Source: an uncultured delta proteobacterium
GTDB taxonomy: Bacteria; Myxococcota_A; Polyangia; Fen-1088
Direction of reading: 5' to 3'
Assembly: GCA_963767925.1 (NCBI GenBank)
Contig: CAVYGB010000001.1
Location: forward strand, 224,001 to 288,000
Length of the DNA: 64,000 nucleotides
In this document: positions 8,980 to 18,250 of the stretch, in pieces
Numbering within the stretch: position 1 is the stretch's first letter
Layout of the letters: the number at the start of each line of letters is the position of its first letter
Notes under the pieces: generated by a model
Seen by the model: only the letters and a program-made list of their open reading frames with translations
Database searches by the model: none
Told to the model about the DNA's origin: nothing
Translations under genes and position numbers: made by a program

Positions 8980-11900
8980 TCAGGGTGGCGTGAACTTCAA
9001 CGCGGCGAATGTGGTGGGAGGTATCTCGGGGCCCAGGTGGAACAGCGCCTGGCTCGGGAAGGCGCGCGCGAGACAGCGGCTGGCCTGGCGCTCGTAGACC
9101 CCGCCGAAGTAGGGCGCTCCCACCCGGTGCAGGCGGGACCGGGCGGGGCAGGTGCCGGGCATCGCCAGCGCCAACACCGTGGGCGGCGCGCAGGTCAGCC
9201 GGCCGGAGACGACGGGGGCCCGGCAGTCCGGATCGGAGAACATCGCGATCTCCCCCTCCGACCGGGGCAGGCAGCGCAGGAGGCCGTCGGCGGCGACACC
9301 GGGAAGGCAGGTCACCTGGCGCTCGCCGTCGTGAAACGCGTCCTCGGGCGCGGCGGCGTCTCCGGCCAGCCGCACCAGCGGGCGCAGCCGGCCGGCGCTG
9401 CCCAGCGCGCCGGTGGTCAGGCCGCCGGCGAAGGTCGCCGCGGGCACCTCCATGCCCAGCGGGAAGGTCGCGGGCGGGTCGCCGGCCACCGGGCCGCACC
9501 GTCCGCCCATCTGCTGGTGGGCGACGGCCCGGTCCCCGCCGGCCGCGACCGCGAAGCGGGTCTCGCAGCGGGCCGTCATCGCACGCAGGACCTGCTCGGC
9601 GCGCGCGCAGGTGCTGGCCAGGCCCACCGCCGCCGGCACCCGGCAGCGATCGTCGGCGAATAGCCCGGCCTGAACCACCGGCAGCTCTGCCGGCAGGCAG
9701 CGCAGCTCCCCGTCGGCCGCGGTGAGGAGCGCACACCCGTGCCCGAGCTGCGTGTCCCGCCACCCGGCCGGGCTGGCCGCGCCGTCCTCGGCGATCAGCC
9801 GCGCGGGGACCAGCCGCCCCCCGACCGCGGGCGCGGGTGCCGGCACCGCCGCCACGAAGGCCGCCGGCGGCGCCTCCTCGAGCGCGAGCACCTGGTCGGT
9901 GGCGGACGGCGCCGGGAGCCGGGCGCATCCGCCCGCCGCGTCCCGGCCGAACAGCTCCGCCTCCGCCACGGGCGCGCCCGCGCGGTACAGGACCTCGGCG
10001 CCCGGGCAGCCCTGCCCGGAGCGCACCCCCAGATACGCCGGCGGCTCGCACGCGCTGGCCGGCCGCACCTGCACCGGCCGGGTGCAGGCCGCGTCCTGGT
10101 ACAGCACCGCGGCCGCGAAGCTGCGCAGCGGGAGGCACCGCTGGCTGCCGTCGGCGGCCCGCGCGAACCAGCAGCGCACGCCGAGCTGCCGGTCGTGAAA
10201 GCCCGCGAACACCCGCCCACCCGCCGCCGCAGGCTCCGCGCCCTCCAGCCACAGCGCCGCCAGGCGCGCGCCGCTCGCCGCCGGCACCACCCGGGCCGGG
10301 TCGATCGCCGCCGGCGCCGGCTCGGTGCGCGCCGGCTGCAGGTCGCCGGGCCCGGGATCGGGGATCGCGACCCCCGCGCTCGGGTCGCCCGGCAGCCCGC
10401 TGCCCAGCTTCTCCAGGCGCGCGCGCAGGCTCGCGCGCCGCTCGTCGTACTGGGTGACGAGCAGCTCGAGCTCGCCCGCCATCAGCGTGGTCACCAGCGC
10501 GAAGCCGTCCGCCGCGTTCGCGTCGAGGCCCAGCTCGGTCATCGCCGCCAGCACGGCCGGCTTGCGCAGGTGGACCAGCAGCCGATCGGCGGTCTCCCGC
10601 AGCCGCCCGGCGAACCGCTCGACGGTGAAGCGGTCGAGCCAGCGCCCGAGCACCTCGGCGTAGCGGCGGTACAGCAGCGGGTCGCTGAAGATGCGGCGGT
10701 CGAGCTCCGATTCGCTGCACCCGAGCAGCCCGGCCGGATCCTGGATGGCCAGCGCGCCCCCGAAGTGGCAGGTGGAGAAGGCGTCGTCCTGGTCCCAGCC
10801 CATGACGAGGTGGTAGTCGCTGCGCGCGCCGGCGGCGTCGGTGCTCTCGGTGGCGTAGAAGAACACCTCGTCGACGTAGTCCCCGCTCTGGAACCCGTTC
10901 AGGATGGCGGTCCACAGGAGATATCCGTCGAGGTGGAACCGCCGCCGCAGGCCCGCCTCCAGCGCCGCGCCCTGCAGGCCGCTCACGCCCGCGAGGATGC
11001 CGTGGTAACTGGCCAGCGCCTCGCTCTCCGGCGCCGGCGCCGCGACCCAGCGGACCTCGGGGGTGGTGGCGGCCACCGCCGGCACCTTGTAGCGCCGGAG
11101 CACGGCCCGCACCCCCGCCTGCTGCACGCGCAGCGAATCGGCCGCGTTCTCCAGCAGCAGGTACATCCCCTGCTCCTGGCCGTCGACCACCAGCTCGATC
11201 AGATCGAAGGGCACCGGGAACAGCCCCTCGGCCGCCAGGGTGGTCAGCACCAGCAGGTTGCGCAGGTAAAACCGGTCCCGGCACATCGACACCAGGTGGA
11301 ACTTGTCCTGGGCGAACCCGGGGAACACGAAGCGCGGCGTCCGGCCCGCCAGGTTCACGCTGTAGTTCCGGCGCGGGCAGGCGTAAGAACCCTCGCCCCG
11401 GTAGTGGGCGGTGGCCTGCACCGGCTGGCTGTCGGGCGACATGCGCACCGCCACCGGGAAGTCCTCCCGGGAGCGCTGCTGGTGGAGGGCGGCGGCGGCC
11501 GCCTTCTGCTCGGGGGTGAAGACCAGCTCGATGCGCCGGGGCTGCGGGGGCCCCGCCTGCGCCAGCCGGGGGGCGTCGCAGCTCCCGCCCGCCGCGTCCT
11601 CCGCGATCAACGGTCGCACCGGTCGGGGCGGGGCGCGCCCCGCGCGCACGGCGAGCGCGCCGCCCGGCGGGACTCCGCAAGCCGCCACGGCGTAATGCCC
11701 GTACCGCTGGTAGGCGTCGATGCGCGCCGACAGCTCCGCCACCGCCGCGCTGAGGCTGGATGCCTCTCCGCTGCTGCCGGCCACCGCTGCGTCGAGGTCG
11801 GGGGTCACGGCGCTGGCGTCCGCCGTCGCGGCGTTGACGTCGGCCGCGGCGAAGGAGAAGCGCAGGCCCGTCGACAATGCCGCTGCGCTCGCCTGCGCCG

Positions 11901-12696
11901 CCTCCGGGCCCAGCCAGACGACCAGGGTGCCGTCGCCCGCCCCGGTCGCGGGCAGCGCCGGGTGCGCCCTGGCCGTGACGATCACCAGGGTTCGCTGGGC
12001 CACCGTGCCGGGCGCGCTCAACCCGGCCAGCGCCGCGCCCGCCACCGCCAGCGCCTCGGCCGGTGGGGCGATCGACCCACCCGCGGGCGCCAGCCCCTCT
12101 GTCAGACGCTCCGCGAGCACCGGGCGATCGGCCAGGAACGGCGCCACCTGGGTGGTCTCCGCGCCCCAGCGGTAGATCGCCACGCGCTCGTCCGCCGGTC
12201 GCTGCGCCAGCACCGCCCGCACCGCCGCCCGGGCCCGCGCGTTCTCCGCGGCGGATGCCCCCGGATCCACGAGCAACAGCGTGAAGGCAATCTCCCGCGG
12301 CCGCCGCGCCACCGCCGTGGCCCCCACCGCCGGCCCGCTCACCGCCAGGCAGCGCCCGAGGTCGGCCTCCACCGGCACCCCATCCTGGAACGACAGCGCC
12401 ACCGCCACCTCCAGCCCGGCCCCGCCGTGGTCCGCCGCCCGCGCGATCTGCCCGTCCGCCAGCCGATCACAGGGATCGTCGCCGCCACAGGCCACCACCG
12501 TCAGGGCGAGCGCGACGGCGAGCGTGAACGCGGGCCCTGGCCGCCACCCGGGCCGCGCCGAGCGAGCGAAGGGCCCCCCGACCGCCAGATCGGGATCGAT
12601 CCGCGCGCCCGCGGGCCGTCGCGATCGATCGTGCGAAGGGAGCCGGGCCGGAAGCGCGGGCTCCGGCTCGGTCACGAGAAGAGGGGAGGGGTTCAC
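8980..12696 (-). CDS. Multidomain secreted/lipoprotein: VWA-like N-terminus, CotH-kinase-like domain, three Cys-containing C-terminal repeats
   Basis: TVVAC lipobox-like; HYRGEGS…DRFYLRN…GMYLLLE…WDQDDAF CotH-like motifs; repeats D-x-x-L-G-x-x-C…AADG-x-x-RCLP…F-x-D-x-x-C. Start uncertain; GTG 12696 is chosen because it abuts the upstream stop. Confidence 0.7.
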   Translation of the reverse strand: MNPSPLLVTEPEPALPARLPSHDRSRRPAGARIDPDLAVGGPFARSARPGWRPGPAFTLAVALALTVVACGGDDPCDRLADGQIARAADHGGAGLEVAVALSFQDGVPVEADLGRCLAVSGPAVGATAVARRPREIAFTLLLVDPGASAAENARARAAVRAVLAQRPADERVAIYRWGAETTQVAPFLADRPVLAERLTEGLAPAGGSIAPPAEALAVAGAALAGLSAPGTVAQRTLVIVTARAHPALPATGAGDGTLVVWLGPEAAQASAAALSTGLRFSFAAADVNAATADASAVTPDLDAAVAGSSGEASSLSAAVAELSARIDAYQRYGHYAVAACGVPPGGALAVRAGRAPPRPVRPLIAEDAAGGSCDAPRLAQAGPPQPRRIELVFTPEQKAAAAALHQQRSREDFPVAVRMSPDSQPVQATAHYRGEGSYACPRRNYSVNLAGRTPRFVFPGFAQDKFHLVSMCRDRFYLRNLLVLTTLAAEGLFPVPFDLIELVVDGQEQGMYLLLENAADSLRVQQAGVRAVLRRYKVPAVAATTPEVRWVAAPAPESEALASYHGILAGVSGLQGAALEAGLRRRFHLDGYLLWTAILNGFQSGDYVDEVFFYATESTDAAGARSDYHLVMGWDQDDAFSTCHFGGALAIQDPAGLLGCSESELDRRIFSDPLLYRRYAEVLGRWLDRFTVERFAGRLRETADRLLVHLRKPAVLAAMTELGLDANAADGFALVTTLMAGELELLVTQYDERRASLRARLEKLGSGLPGDPSAGVAIPDPGPGDLQPARTEPAPAAIDPARVVPAASGARLAALWLEGAEPAAAGGRVFAGFHDRQLGVRCWFARAADGSQRCLPLRSFAAAVLYQDAACTRPVQVRPASACEPPAYLGVRSGQGCPGAEVLYRAGAPVAEAELFGRDAAGGCARLPAPSATDQVLALEEAPPAAFVAAVPAPAPAVGGRLVPARLIAEDGAASPAGWRDTQLGHGCALLTAADGELRCLPAELPVVQAGLFADDRCRVPAAVGLASTCARAEQVLRAMTARCETRFAVAAGGDRAVAHQQMGGRCGPVAGDPPATFPLGMEVPAATFAGGLTTGALGSAGRLRPLVRLAGDAAAPEDAFHDGERQVTCLPGVAADGLLRCLPRSEGEIAMFSDPDCRAPVVSGRLTCAPPTVLALAMPGTCPARSRLHRVGAPYFGGVYERQASRCLARAFPSQALFHLGPEIPPTTFAALKFTPP

Positions 12697-12697
12697 G

Positions 12698-14230
12698 TCA
12701 TCGCTCCGTGCAAAAGCCGCCGCGGCAGCCGAGGGTGAGGCCGCCGGGACAGGCGGTCGGGGTGGGGACAAGCGCGAAGGGCAGGGGGTCGGCGCAGCAC
12801 GGGTCGCCCCGGTTCCCGCAGGGCAGGCAGCGCTCGCCGTGACCCGCGATGAGCCGGCAGGTGGTGAGGGCCGCCGTGCAGGCCCCCGCGCAGCAGGGCT
12901 GGCCCGCGCCGCCACAGGCCCCGCAGGCGCCGCCCTGGCATACCCCACCGCCGCTGCCGCAGGTGGCGCCCGCCGCCACGCAGGCGCCCCCGTCGTTCAC
13001 TCCGGCGCGCACGCAGCAGCCGGCGCCGCAGCGGTTGCCCGGGCAGCAGGGCTGGCCGGGCTGCCCGCAGGCCTGGCACACCCGCGGCGGCGGCATCAGC
13101 AGCGGATCCGATGTCCCCACCGGGGTGAGCCCCACCGCCGCGCACAGCGCCTCGCCGTCGCTGTCGCAAGGCGGCCGCCCCGGATCGAAGCAGCAGCTCT
13201 GTCCGTTCTGCCCGCAGCCGGCACAGCGGCCCTGCTGGCAGGTCCCGGCCGGGCCCGACGGGGACGGGCAGGTCGCCCCGGTGGCCACGCAGGCCCCACC
13301 GGCGCAGCAGCCTCCCTCCGCACACGCGACGGCGCCGGGCCCGGCCGGACAGCAGGGCTGTCCGTTCTGCCCGCAGCCCCGGCACACCCGCGGCGCCGGC
13401 AGCCCCGAGCCCGCCGGCGCCGCCCCCTCGGGGACGCAGGCCATCCCGGCGGCACACGGCAGGTCGAGGCAGCAGGGCTGCCCCGCGCCGCCACAGGGCG
13501 AGACGCAGGTGGCGGACGCGAAGTCGCAGGTCACCCCCGCGCCCTCGCAGGGCGCGCGCCCGGGCTGGGCGCAGCAGGCCTGCCCCAGGCCGCCGCAGCG
13601 ATCGCAGCGCCCGCCCTCGCAGCGCCCGCCCGCCCCGCAGCTCGCCCCGCCGGCCAGGCAGCGGCCGGCGCTGCAGCAGCCGCCGCCGTTGCAGGCGCCG
13701 CCGGAGCAGCAGGCCTGCCCCGGTTCGCCGCAGGGAAAGCAGCGCCCGCTGCCGCCGCAGGCGGTGTCCGCCGCCAGGCAGCCCCCACCGGGACAGCACT
13801 CCTGCCCGTAGCCGCCACACGCGGTGCAGACGCCCCCCGCGCACACGCTGCCAGCAGCGGTGCAGCTCCCCCGCGCGCAGCAGGGCTGATCGATCCCGCC
13901 GCAGGCTCCGCCTCCGCACGAGCCCTGCTGGCACATCCCCGGCAGCCGCAGGCAGGCCGTCCCCGCCGCCACGCAGGCCCGCTCCACGCAGCACCCACCC
14001 CCCGCGCACAGGTTCCCCGCGCAGCAGGCCTGCCCCGCCCCCCCGCACACAACCGCCGCCCCGCTCCCCGCCTCTCGCCCCGCCGCGTCCGCCGCCCCGG
14101 CCGCATCGACCGCCACCCGCGGCCGCGGCAGATCCGCCCGCGCCCCATCCGCCCCCGCCACCATAGCCGTGGGCGCCCGCTCCCCTGACGAGCAGCCGAG
14201 CAACAACAGCGCAACGATCCCGATCCGCAT
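12698..14230 (-). CDS. Cys-rich repeat lipoprotein
   Basis: MRIGIVALLLLGC lipobox; 11 copies of CGxxG(Q/D)xCC-type repeats. Confidence 0.8.
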   Translation of the reverse strand: MRIGIVALLLLGCSSGERAPTAMVAGADGARADLPRPRVAVDAAGAADAAGREAGSGAAVVCGGAGQACCAGNLCAGGGCCVERACVAAGTACLRLPGMCQQGSCGGGACGGIDQPCCARGSCTAAGSVCAGGVCTACGGYGQECCPGGGCLAADTACGGSGRCFPCGEPGQACCSGGACNGGGCCSAGRCLAGGASCGAGGRCEGGRCDRCGGLGQACCAQPGRAPCEGAGVTCDFASATCVSPCGGAGQPCCLDLPCAAGMACVPEGAAPAGSGLPAPRVCRGCGQNGQPCCPAGPGAVACAEGGCCAGGACVATGATCPSPSGPAGTCQQGRCAGCGQNGQSCCFDPGRPPCDSDGEALCAAVGLTPVGTSDPLLMPPPRVCQACGQPGQPCCPGNRCGAGCCVRAGVNDGGACVAAGATCGSGGGVCQGGACGACGGAGQPCCAGACTAALTTCRLIAGHGERCLPCGNRGDPCCADPLPFALVPTPTACPGGLTLGCRGGFCTER

Positions 14231-14329
14231 CCCGCCGACCTTAGCGAAAACCGTTGCCGCCGCCCGAAATTCCGCCGCGACGCCGTGCTCCCCCGCACCC
14301 CCCCCCGGCCCGGTCGCCCGGGCCTCCCG

Positions 14330-14800
14330 TCACCCCTGCGTCGTCCCTCGCGCCCGCACCCGCTCGAGCACCCGGACGTCCGCCAGGTCTTGCGGCCGCC
14401 CGGCCGCCCGCTTGTTCACGATCAGATCGTCGAGGCCGATGATCCGGACGGCGAGCCCGTCCCACTGGCCCGTCACGGAACGTGCGAAGACCGCATCCAC
14501 GTCGATCCCGTCGATTGTCCGCAGCAGGTCGATGCGCAACGGTGGCAAACCCAGGAAGACGACGTCCGCGTCCGCCATGGATCGGGTCGCGGCGACGACG
14601 TTGTCGGGGGCCCCGAAGCGCGCCAGCGCCGTGGCCGCGCGCTGGAGGTTCTCCGCGTCTCCCTTCAGGAGGAGGTCGAGGTCCTTGGTGGCGCGCGGCC
14701 GCGCGTGGAACGCGAAGGCGTATCCGCCGACGATGAGGTGTTCAACCCTTTCGCGGTCGAACTCCTCCAGCAGCTCTCGAAAGTCCAGGGGGAGCGTCAT
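14330..14800 (-). CDS. Nucleotidyltransferase-fold protein (DUF6036-like)
   Basis: LIVGGYA…RATKDLDLL (GG…DxD) and C-terminal NKRAAGRPQDLAD. Confidence 0.8.
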   Translation of the reverse strand: MTLPLDFRELLEEFDRERVEHLIVGGYAFAFHARPRATKDLDLLLKGDAENLQRAATALARFGAPDNVVAATRSMADADVVFLGLPPLRIDLLRTIDGIDVDAVFARSVTGQWDGLAVRIIGLDDLIVNKRAAGRPQDLADVRVLERVRARGTTQG

Positions 14801-14987
14801 GGTCCTGCTTCAATCCCTCCTGTTCGGTCCACATGGCGAAGACGGCCCCGATGCGTTGCGGAGCGGGCGCCGCGAGCCAGAACGCGAGGTCGGCATCCTC
14901 CATCTCCTCGAACGAGTGAGCGACGCCGCCATGCCACGACTCTCGACGCATCGAAGCCCGAATTCGCCGTGCCTCGGCATCATCCAT
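14742..14987 (-). CDS. Small hypothetical protein overlapping the NTase gene (possible antitoxin/partner)
   Basis: 81 aa; DLAFWLAAPAPQRIGAV motif resembles the small proteins that typically precede such NTases. Confidence 0.6.
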   Translation of the reverse strand: MDDAEARRIRASMRRESWHGGVAHSFEEMEDADLAFWLAAPAPQRIGAVFAMWTEQEGLKQDHDAPPGLSRAAGGVRPRKG

Positions 14988-15105
14988 GGCCGAAGAAGCA
15001 TATCACGCTCCGTTCGAGGAGCCCCCGTTCCGGGTCAGGCGCCGGGCCGGTCGTCTCGACGCGGGCGCCGGGCGCAGCCCGTGGACGAAGCGACGTCTCG
15101 GGTTG

Positions 15106-15234
15106 GGCACGTCTGAACGCACCGGCCGACTACCGAGCTTGGCACCAAGAGGCGGTACGTGAGGCTTGTCAGAGGAGCCTCACGTATCGCGATGATCGAG
15201 ATGACGCTCATCGGCCGGTGCGTTCAGACGTGCC
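15106..15234. repeat. Nested inverted repeat (24-bp perfect outer arms, 15-bp inner hairpin)
   Basis: GGCACGTCTGAACGCACCGGCCGA (15106-15129) pairs with 15211-15234; the inner arms 15152-15166 and 15176-15190 have one G-T pair. Confidence 0.85.
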
Positions 15235-15264
15235 GGGCTGGAACGTCACTTTATCCGCAGTCTG

Positions 15265-16197
15265 CTACGGGCCCTTGCGGGGCTTCTTCGACGCCGGCGC
15301 CGCGGCGGCGGGCGGGGGCTTGGCCTTGCTGGGCGGCCTGGCGCGGGGCTCGGGGTCCACGCCCAGCTCGGCGCGGATGCGGCGGATCTCGGGGAGCGCC
15401 TTCTCGCGCATGCGCGCGAGGTGATCGCGCCAGGCCTCGCGGTAAGGGCGCAGGGTCAGCACCAGGCGCTGCAGGATCGCCAGGTTGCGAAACCACTTTC
15501 GATCCGCGGGCACCAGGTGCCAGGGCAGCTCCGGCGAAGCGCAGCGCTCGAGCGCGTCCTGGTAGGCCTCGGTGGTGCGGTCCCACCGGGGCAGCTCGCG
15601 CCAGTCGTTCACGTTCAGCTTCCAGGCGGTGCGGGGATCCGCCTCGCGCTCGCGCAGGCGCTCGATCTGCTCCTCGCGGCTGATGTGCAGGTACAGCTTC
15701 ACCACCAGGGTGCCGCTGTCGGCGAGCTGCTCTTCGAAGTGGTTGATCTGCCGGAACCGGCGCCCCCACACCTTCTCGGGCACCAGGTCGTGCACCCGCA
15801 CCGCGATCACGTCTTCGTAGTGGGAGCGGTTGAACAGCGCGATCTTCCCCTTGCCCGGTGTCTCCCGGTGGACGCGCCAGAGGAAGTCGTGGGCCAGCTC
15901 CTCGCTGCTGGGCGCCTTGAAGGCGACAACCCGGGCGTTGAGCACGTTGGCGTACTCCAGGATCTTGCGGATCGCCCCGTCCTTGCCGCTGGCGTCCCGG
16001 CCCTGGACCACCACCAGCAGCGCGTGTTGTCCGGCGTAGGCCAGCAGGTTCGTCAGCTCGGTCAGCTCGACGCCCAGCTCCTCGAGCTCCTTTTGCGCCC
16101 GGGCCTTGTCCAGGCCGCCGTCGTCGCGGGCGTCCACCTCGTCGAGCTGGACCGGCTTTTTACCGTCGAGGACGCGGGCGTAAGGATCGCGGGCCAT
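15265..16197 (-). CDS. Polyphosphate kinase 2 family (PPK2) phosphotransferase
   Basis: QGRDASGKDG, FKAPSSEELAHDFLWR, FNRSHYEDV, VPADRKWFRN. Confidence 0.9.
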   Translation of the reverse strand: MARDPYARVLDGKKPVQLDEVDARDDGGLDKARAQKELEELGVELTELTNLLAYAGQHALLVVVQGRDASGKDGAIRKILEYANVLNARVVAFKAPSSEELAHDFLWRVHRETPGKGKIALFNRSHYEDVIAVRVHDLVPEKVWGRRFRQINHFEEQLADSGTLVVKLYLHISREEQIERLREREADPRTAWKLNVNDWRELPRWDRTTEAYQDALERCASPELPWHLVPADRKWFRNLAILQRLVLTLRPYREAWRDHLARMREKALPEIRRIRAELGVDPEPRARPPSKAKPPPAAAAPASKKPRKGP

Positions 16198-16333
16198 CGC
16201 CGCGACTTTACCAGACCGGACGACGCGACGTCCCGGTTCCCCGCGCGCCCGCCGTCCAATCCCCGCGCGCCGCGGACCGCGGTTTCAGGCCTCGCCTTTC
16301 CCGTCGATTCGTGGCAGAGCACCCGAAGCCGAG

Positions 16334-18142
16334 ATGAAGCAGAAGGTCCGTCAGGTGGTCGAGGCCACGCTCGCCTCGCTCAGGGCGAAGGGGAGCCTGA
16401 ATTTCGCCGAGCTGCCCCCCTACAGCGTCGAGGTGCCCAAGTCGGCCGACCACGGCGACTGGAGCTGCAACGTCGCGATGGTGCTCGCCCGGGCCGCCGG
16501 CAAGAAGCCGCGCGAGATCGCCGAGGCCATCGCCGCCAACCTCGTCGACCCCGACGGCCTGGTGACCAAGGTCGAGACCGCCGGCCCCGGCTTCCTCAAC
16601 TTCCGCCTGGTAGACAAGGTCTTCCAGCAGGTCGCGCGCGAGGTGCTGGCCGCCGGCCCGCGCTTCGGGCGCCAGCCCCCCCGCTCCACCGGCAAGCGCA
16701 TGCTGGTCGAGTTCGTCTCGGCCAACCCCACCGGCCCGATCCACATCGGCCACGCCCGGGGGGCCCTCATGGGCGACGCCATCGCCCGCCTGCTGGAGGC
16801 CGTCGGCCACGACGTCACCCGCGAGTTTTACATCAACGACCACGGCAAGCAGGTCGAGACTCTCGGTCGCACCGTCTACAAGCGCTACCGCGAGCTGTTC
16901 GGGTTCGAGGCCCTCCTGGCCGAGGGGGAGTACCCCTCGCCCTACGTCATCGACATCGCCAGGGTCTGGCGCGACGAGGTGGGCAACCGCTACCTCGAGG
17001 CCCCCGAGGCGGAGTGGCTGCCCGCCGCCATGGCGGTCGGCATCCGGGAGAACCTCGCCGCGATCCGCGCGACCCTGGAGAAGGCCGGCATCCGCCACGA
17101 CGCCTTCTTCAGCGAGGCGTCGCTGCACGCCGCGGGCAAGGTGCGCGAGGTGGTGGAGGTGTACCGCAACCGCGGCGTCACCTACGAGGCCGACCAGGGC
17201 CGCCGCCGCGAGCAGAACGAGAAGGTCCGCAGCGAGGAGTCCAAGGCCGCCCAGTTCGCCGACCGGCAAAAGGGCGGCACCTTCCTGATGACCGCCACCT
17301 ATCAGGAGGACGGCAAATACGTCCTCAAGGACGACGAGGACCGGGTCATCTTGCGCCCCGACGACTCGCCCGTCTATCTGACCGCCGACCTCGCCTACCA
17401 CAAGGAGAAGTTCGACCGGGGCTACGACCTCATGGTCGACGTGCTCGGCGCCGACCACTTCGGCCACGTCCCCCGCATCCAGTCCGGGATGGCCCTGCTG
17501 GGCCACGACGTGAGCAAGCTGCAGTTCGTGCTGGTGCAGATGGTGCGCATCACCCGGGGAGGCGAGGAGGTCAAGGTCAGCAAGCGCCGGGGCACGGTGT
17601 TCGAGCTCGCCGATCTGATCGACGAGGCGGGCCCCGACGTCTGCCGCTTCCTCTTCCTCATGAAGACCCGGGACGCCCAGTTCGACTTCGACCTGGACGC
17701 CGTCCAGCAGCAGTCCCGGGAGAACCCGGTCTTCTACCTCCAGTACGGCCACGCGCGCTGCGCCGCCATCCTGGCCAGGGCCCAGGAGCGCGGCACCCCC
17801 TTCCGCCCCGACGACCTCGGCGACGCCGCCCTCGCTCGCCTGACGCTCGCCGAGGAGAAGGCCCTGCTCAAGCGGATGAGCCAGCTCCCGGACGTGATCG
17901 CCCTGGCCGCCGACAAGCTGGAGCCCCACCACGTCCTGTATTTTTGCCAGCAGCTCATCACCGACTTTCACAGCTACTACACCCAGTACAAGAGCGACCC
18001 CGTGATCAGCGCCGACGTGGACCGGACCCAGGGCCGCCTGGCCATGGTCGCCGCGTTGAAACAGACCCTGCAGAGCGCCTTCAACATCCTCGGCATCCAG
18101 GCCCCCGACCACATGGTCGCGCCCGAAGCCGACCCCGACTGA
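16334..18142 (+). CDS. argS: Arginine--tRNA ligase
   Basis: VEFVSANPTGPIHIGHARGA (HIGH), GADHFG, SKRRG, ENPVFYLQYGHAR. Confidence 0.97.
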   Translation: MKQKVRQVVEATLASLRAKGSLNFAELPPYSVEVPKSADHGDWSCNVAMVLARAAGKKPREIAEAIAANLVDPDGLVTKVETAGPGFLNFRLVDKVFQQVAREVLAAGPRFGRQPPRSTGKRMLVEFVSANPTGPIHIGHARGALMGDAIARLLEAVGHDVTREFYINDHGKQVETLGRTVYKRYRELFGFEALLAEGEYPSPYVIDIARVWRDEVGNRYLEAPEAEWLPAAMAVGIRENLAAIRATLEKAGIRHDAFFSEASLHAAGKVREVVEVYRNRGVTYEADQGRRREQNEKVRSEESKAAQFADRQKGGTFLMTATYQEDGKYVLKDDEDRVILRPDDSPVYLTADLAYHKEKFDRGYDLMVDVLGADHFGHVPRIQSGMALLGHDVSKLQFVLVQMVRITRGGEEVKVSKRRGTVFELADLIDEAGPDVCRFLFLMKTRDAQFDFDLDAVQQQSRENPVFYLQYGHARCAAILARAQERGTPFRPDDLGDAALARLTLAEEKALLKRMSQLPDVIALAADKLEPHHVLYFCQQLITDFHSYYTQYKSDPVISADVDRTQGRLAMVAALKQTLQSAFNILGIQAPDHMVAPEADPD

Positions 18143-18250
18143 CACGCACGCCCCTCGCCCCCTGGGCAGGCTGGGAGGACGGGGCCGTCCGCTCATGTCG
18201 GTGGGCGACCTGCCTGGCCCTTCATTCAGGGGGGACAGGGGTTTGCCGAT

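Noticed and set aside
15106..15234. Integron attC site
   Set aside because: Ends do not fit RYYYAAC/GTTRRRY, the outer arms lack extrahelical bases, and no integrase or cassette array is seen
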